From an uncultured Spirochaetota bacterium (GTDB taxonomy: Bacteria; Spirochaetota; UBA4802; UBA5550): a stretch of DNA of 64,000 bases. Position 1 is the stretch's first letter, and each line of letters starts with the position of its first letter. A program made the position numbers and the translations under genes. Shown here piece after piece: positions 61,662 through 64,000 of the stretch. The stretch is from the NCBI GenBank assembly GCA_963827275.1, contig CAWHAA010000004.1, positions 640,001 to 704,000 on the forward strand, given 5' to 3'. Under the pieces are notes generated by a model, which worked only from the letters and a program-made list of their open reading frames with translations, was not told the DNA's origin and searched no databases.

Positions 61662-61911
61662 TGTTCACGGCGTGTTATGCCCCCGGAGATGCCGGGTCCC
61701 GCACCTGCACCCGGATGAGGCACTATAATCAAGTAAACAGGGGGTATGCGCCATACATGGCGTAATGATTATGCATTGTCCTGCCCCCATGCCTGCATTA
61801 TCAGGCATAAATTTTAAAAATTTACTGGACATGAAACATATTACTTGTTAGTCCTGCTGTTAGCAATAGATCAACTTATTTTTTAAGAAAGAATGGTGAA
61901 GGAGGACTAGT

Positions 61912-62823
61912 ATGAAAAAATTACTCTTAGTTCTGCTCGTCGCCCTGTGCACCCTTGGGTTTGTTTTCAAGCCGTCCGCGTCGTACGCGGTGGAGGCCAA
62001 GGTGGGCATAAACATGATGGGCGACTGGTGGAAGCCTGCGTTCCTGCCCTTTGAGCAGGAGGCCGCGGCCAAGTTGTTTGGGTCAAACAGCAGTGATGAG
62101 CTGGAGGGATCGTTCATGTTCGGGCCGATGTTCTGGGTCAATGTCGCCAGCGGCTGGAACATAGGCGGGCAGATGCTGTTCGGGCTCAGCAGGAACAAGT
62201 TCGAGTACACGTCGCTTGCGATCGACCTTGACCTGCTCAGGTGGCCTGGCCTGCTGGCGGGATACCTCGACATGGGCGAATCGAAATGCCGCAGGTATGA
62301 CCTCGATGTGTATGCCGAGCACCCTTTCCACAAGTATTTTGACCTTATACTGGGGCTGCGGTTCAATTATGACGACGGCGAAGGCGAGTCCTGGCGCCTC
62401 GGGACGTTCTTCTTCGACCTGAAAAAGACCGACTACAGCGCGTGGTATTTCGGCCCCTCGGCCGGCGTCCAGTTCCATTATGAATTCGTCAAGGGGCTCG
62501 TGCTCAGCACCGCCGTGGCGCTGACATTCCAGTTCGGCGAGTATGAGAACGAGAAGAGATACCTCCAGTCGTTCTGGACGCTCATCCCGTACGAATACAC
62601 GGCCGGATATGTCTGCATCGGATTTGACATGAATGTCAAGCTCGCGTATTATATCCAGCCGGCGCACCTTGAGGTGTTTGTCGGCGGCAGGTACCAGGTG
62701 CTGCCGCACATCGCGGCGAGCGACGAAAGCCCGGTATACGACCTGACCTATAAAGACAAATGGATTGACGGCGAGGTCGAACACTGGGGCGGCATATTCT
62801 TCGGGGCCGCCTACAAAATATAA
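61912..62823 (+). CDS. outer-membrane beta-barrel protein
   Basis: GGAGG RBS; signal peptide; C-terminal GAAYKI. Confidence 0.75.
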   Translation: MKKLLLVLLVALCTLGFVFKPSASYAVEAKVGINMMGDWWKPAFLPFEQEAAAKLFGSNSSDELEGSFMFGPMFWVNVASGWNIGGQMLFGLSRNKFEYTSLAIDLDLLRWPGLLAGYLDMGESKCRRYDLDVYAEHPFHKYFDLILGLRFNYDDGEGESWRLGTFFFDLKKTDYSAWYFGPSAGVQFHYEFVKGLVLSTAVALTFQFGEYENEKRYLQSFWTLIPYEYTAGYVCIGFDMNVKLAYYIQPAHLEVFVGGRYQVLPHIAASDESPVYDLTYKDKWIDGEVEHWGGIFFGAAYKI

Positions 62824-62840
62824 ACAGACTACAACGTGAG

Positions 62841-62870
62841 ACAAAACCGCCGCGCAAGCGGCGGTTTTGT
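62841..62870. terminator. intrinsic terminator
   Basis: ACAAAACCGCCGC-GCAA-GCGGCGGTTTTGT. Confidence 0.85.
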
Positions 62871-62907
62871 TATATACGATGCGCCTGGCCTGGCGCGGGG
62901 GGAGGGT

Positions 62908-63909
62908 ATGAAAAAACTATGCATCATTCTATGCGGGCTGCTTGTATGTATCGGCATCGCGGTACAGCCGGCATCGTCCCAGGGTAAGCGCAAGCAGAAG
63001 CCAAAGGCGAAACGCGCGGCGGTGGTCAAGCCGAGAACAGGCGCCAGGTCCGCGGTTGAAGTGAAACTCGGCCTTTCGATGATGTACGACTGGTGGCAGC
63101 CGGCGTTCCTCAAGCTTGGAAACGGCAGGACGGGGAACCTCTATGCAAAAAAACACAAGTCCGACACTGACGGTTCGTTCATGATGGGGCCGGCTATCGG
63201 CATAAAAATCGGCAGCAGATGGAACATAAGCGCGGCAGCGCTCCTGGGATGCAGCAGGAACCAGTTCCGGCATTCAACATGGGCGATGGAGGCAAATTAC
63301 CTGAATCTTCTCATCCCTGATGCAATGACAAATCCATATCTTGATCGCGGCATCATGGAAGTCAGGCGGTATGACCTGGACGTCAACGTTGAACGGCTCA
63401 TGCTCAAATATTTAAACCTGCTGTTCGGCGCCCGGTTCAGCTATCAAGATGCCGGGGGGCATTCATGGAGAGGGTCCCGGCTCATATTCCCGGTCAGTAA
63501 AATCAAGGATGAATATACCAACTGGTACGTCGGCCCGTCGGTGGGAGTCGGGTTGTTTTATGAAGTTAAAGGATTTTCCATCAACGCGGGAGTATCGGCG
63601 CTGTTCCAGTTCGGCATCTATTACCTTGAGCGGAACAATCTTAACCCCTTCTATTTTAATTTCAATTTTATTTCTGACGAGTTTAAGGTTGCGCACCTTT
63701 CCATCGGCGCGGACTGCAGCGTTAAGCTGGCCTATTTTATCAAGCGTATCCGCCTCGAGCTATGGGTCGGCGGACGCTACGTCATTCTCCCCCACATCTC
63801 GCTGTACGACATTGACAGCGCGTTCAGCGCGTCGTATAAAAAAGGCTGGGTCACCGGCGAGGTTGACCAGTTCGGCGGCGTGACCTGGGGAGCTTCCTAC
63901 AAATTTTAA
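62908..63909 (+). CDS. outer-membrane beta-barrel protein, paralogue of 61912-62823
   Basis: GGAGG RBS; shared DWW.PAFL, GSFM.GP, RRYDLDV and GGRY motifs; terminal YKF. Confidence 0.75.
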   Translation: MKKLCIILCGLLVCIGIAVQPASSQGKRKQKPKAKRAAVVKPRTGARSAVEVKLGLSMMYDWWQPAFLKLGNGRTGNLYAKKHKSDTDGSFMMGPAIGIKIGSRWNISAAALLGCSRNQFRHSTWAMEANYLNLLIPDAMTNPYLDRGIMEVRRYDLDVNVERLMLKYLNLLFGARFSYQDAGGHSWRGSRLIFPVSKIKDEYTNWYVGPSVGVGLFYEVKGFSINAGVSALFQFGIYYLERNNLNPFYFNFNFISDEFKVAHLSIGADCSVKLAYFIKRIRLELWVGGRYVILPHISLYDIDSAFSASYKKGWVTGEVDQFGGVTWGASYKF

Positions 63910-64000
63910 AGGCGGGGCCCGTCAATACCTTCTCCCCGCCTTGTTGTATCTTACAGTCCCCTGTGGTACTCCTGGAGTGACGTGACGTCTCTCTTCCCCT

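Overview
64 kb of a GC-rich bacterial chromosome. The gene content (LipL71-like LysM lipoprotein, STAS anti-anti-sigma, bactofilin, lolA-rodZ-rimO-pgsA, mreBCD-mrdA-rodA) suggests a spirochaete related to Leptospirales; this taxonomy is inferred. Most of the window is housekeeping: tgt, a sigma-70 factor, exbBD, ispG, pdxA, dus, eda, msrBA, a cbiR-like gene, tRNA-Ala(CGC) and tRNA-Lys(CTT). At least eight genes are frameshifted, most likely through assembly indels. Three things stand out. (1) The first 5.5 kb holds the 5' part of an HUH/Y1 REP-associated tyrosine transposase (RAYT) absent from the ORF track, plus GTAG-type palindromic REPs with mirror-image tandem half-arm arrays. These bracket cargo: a two-gene TA-like cassette inside a 31-bp direct repeat, a (CTTCGGA)12 tract, an InlB-repeat/NHL-repeat surface protein and a HEPN-like ORF. 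(2) At 11429-11611 is an unexplained intergenic array with a 42-43 bp period. It alternates two conserved boxes (CGATAGTTATCGGTA and GTCAGAG) with 9-12 nt variable segments. (3) The same ATAGTTATC core recurs ten more times, in both orientations, only between 19.9 and 25.8 kb. That cluster is centred on the promoter of a small putative DNA-binding protein. All calls come from reading the sequence; no searches were run.
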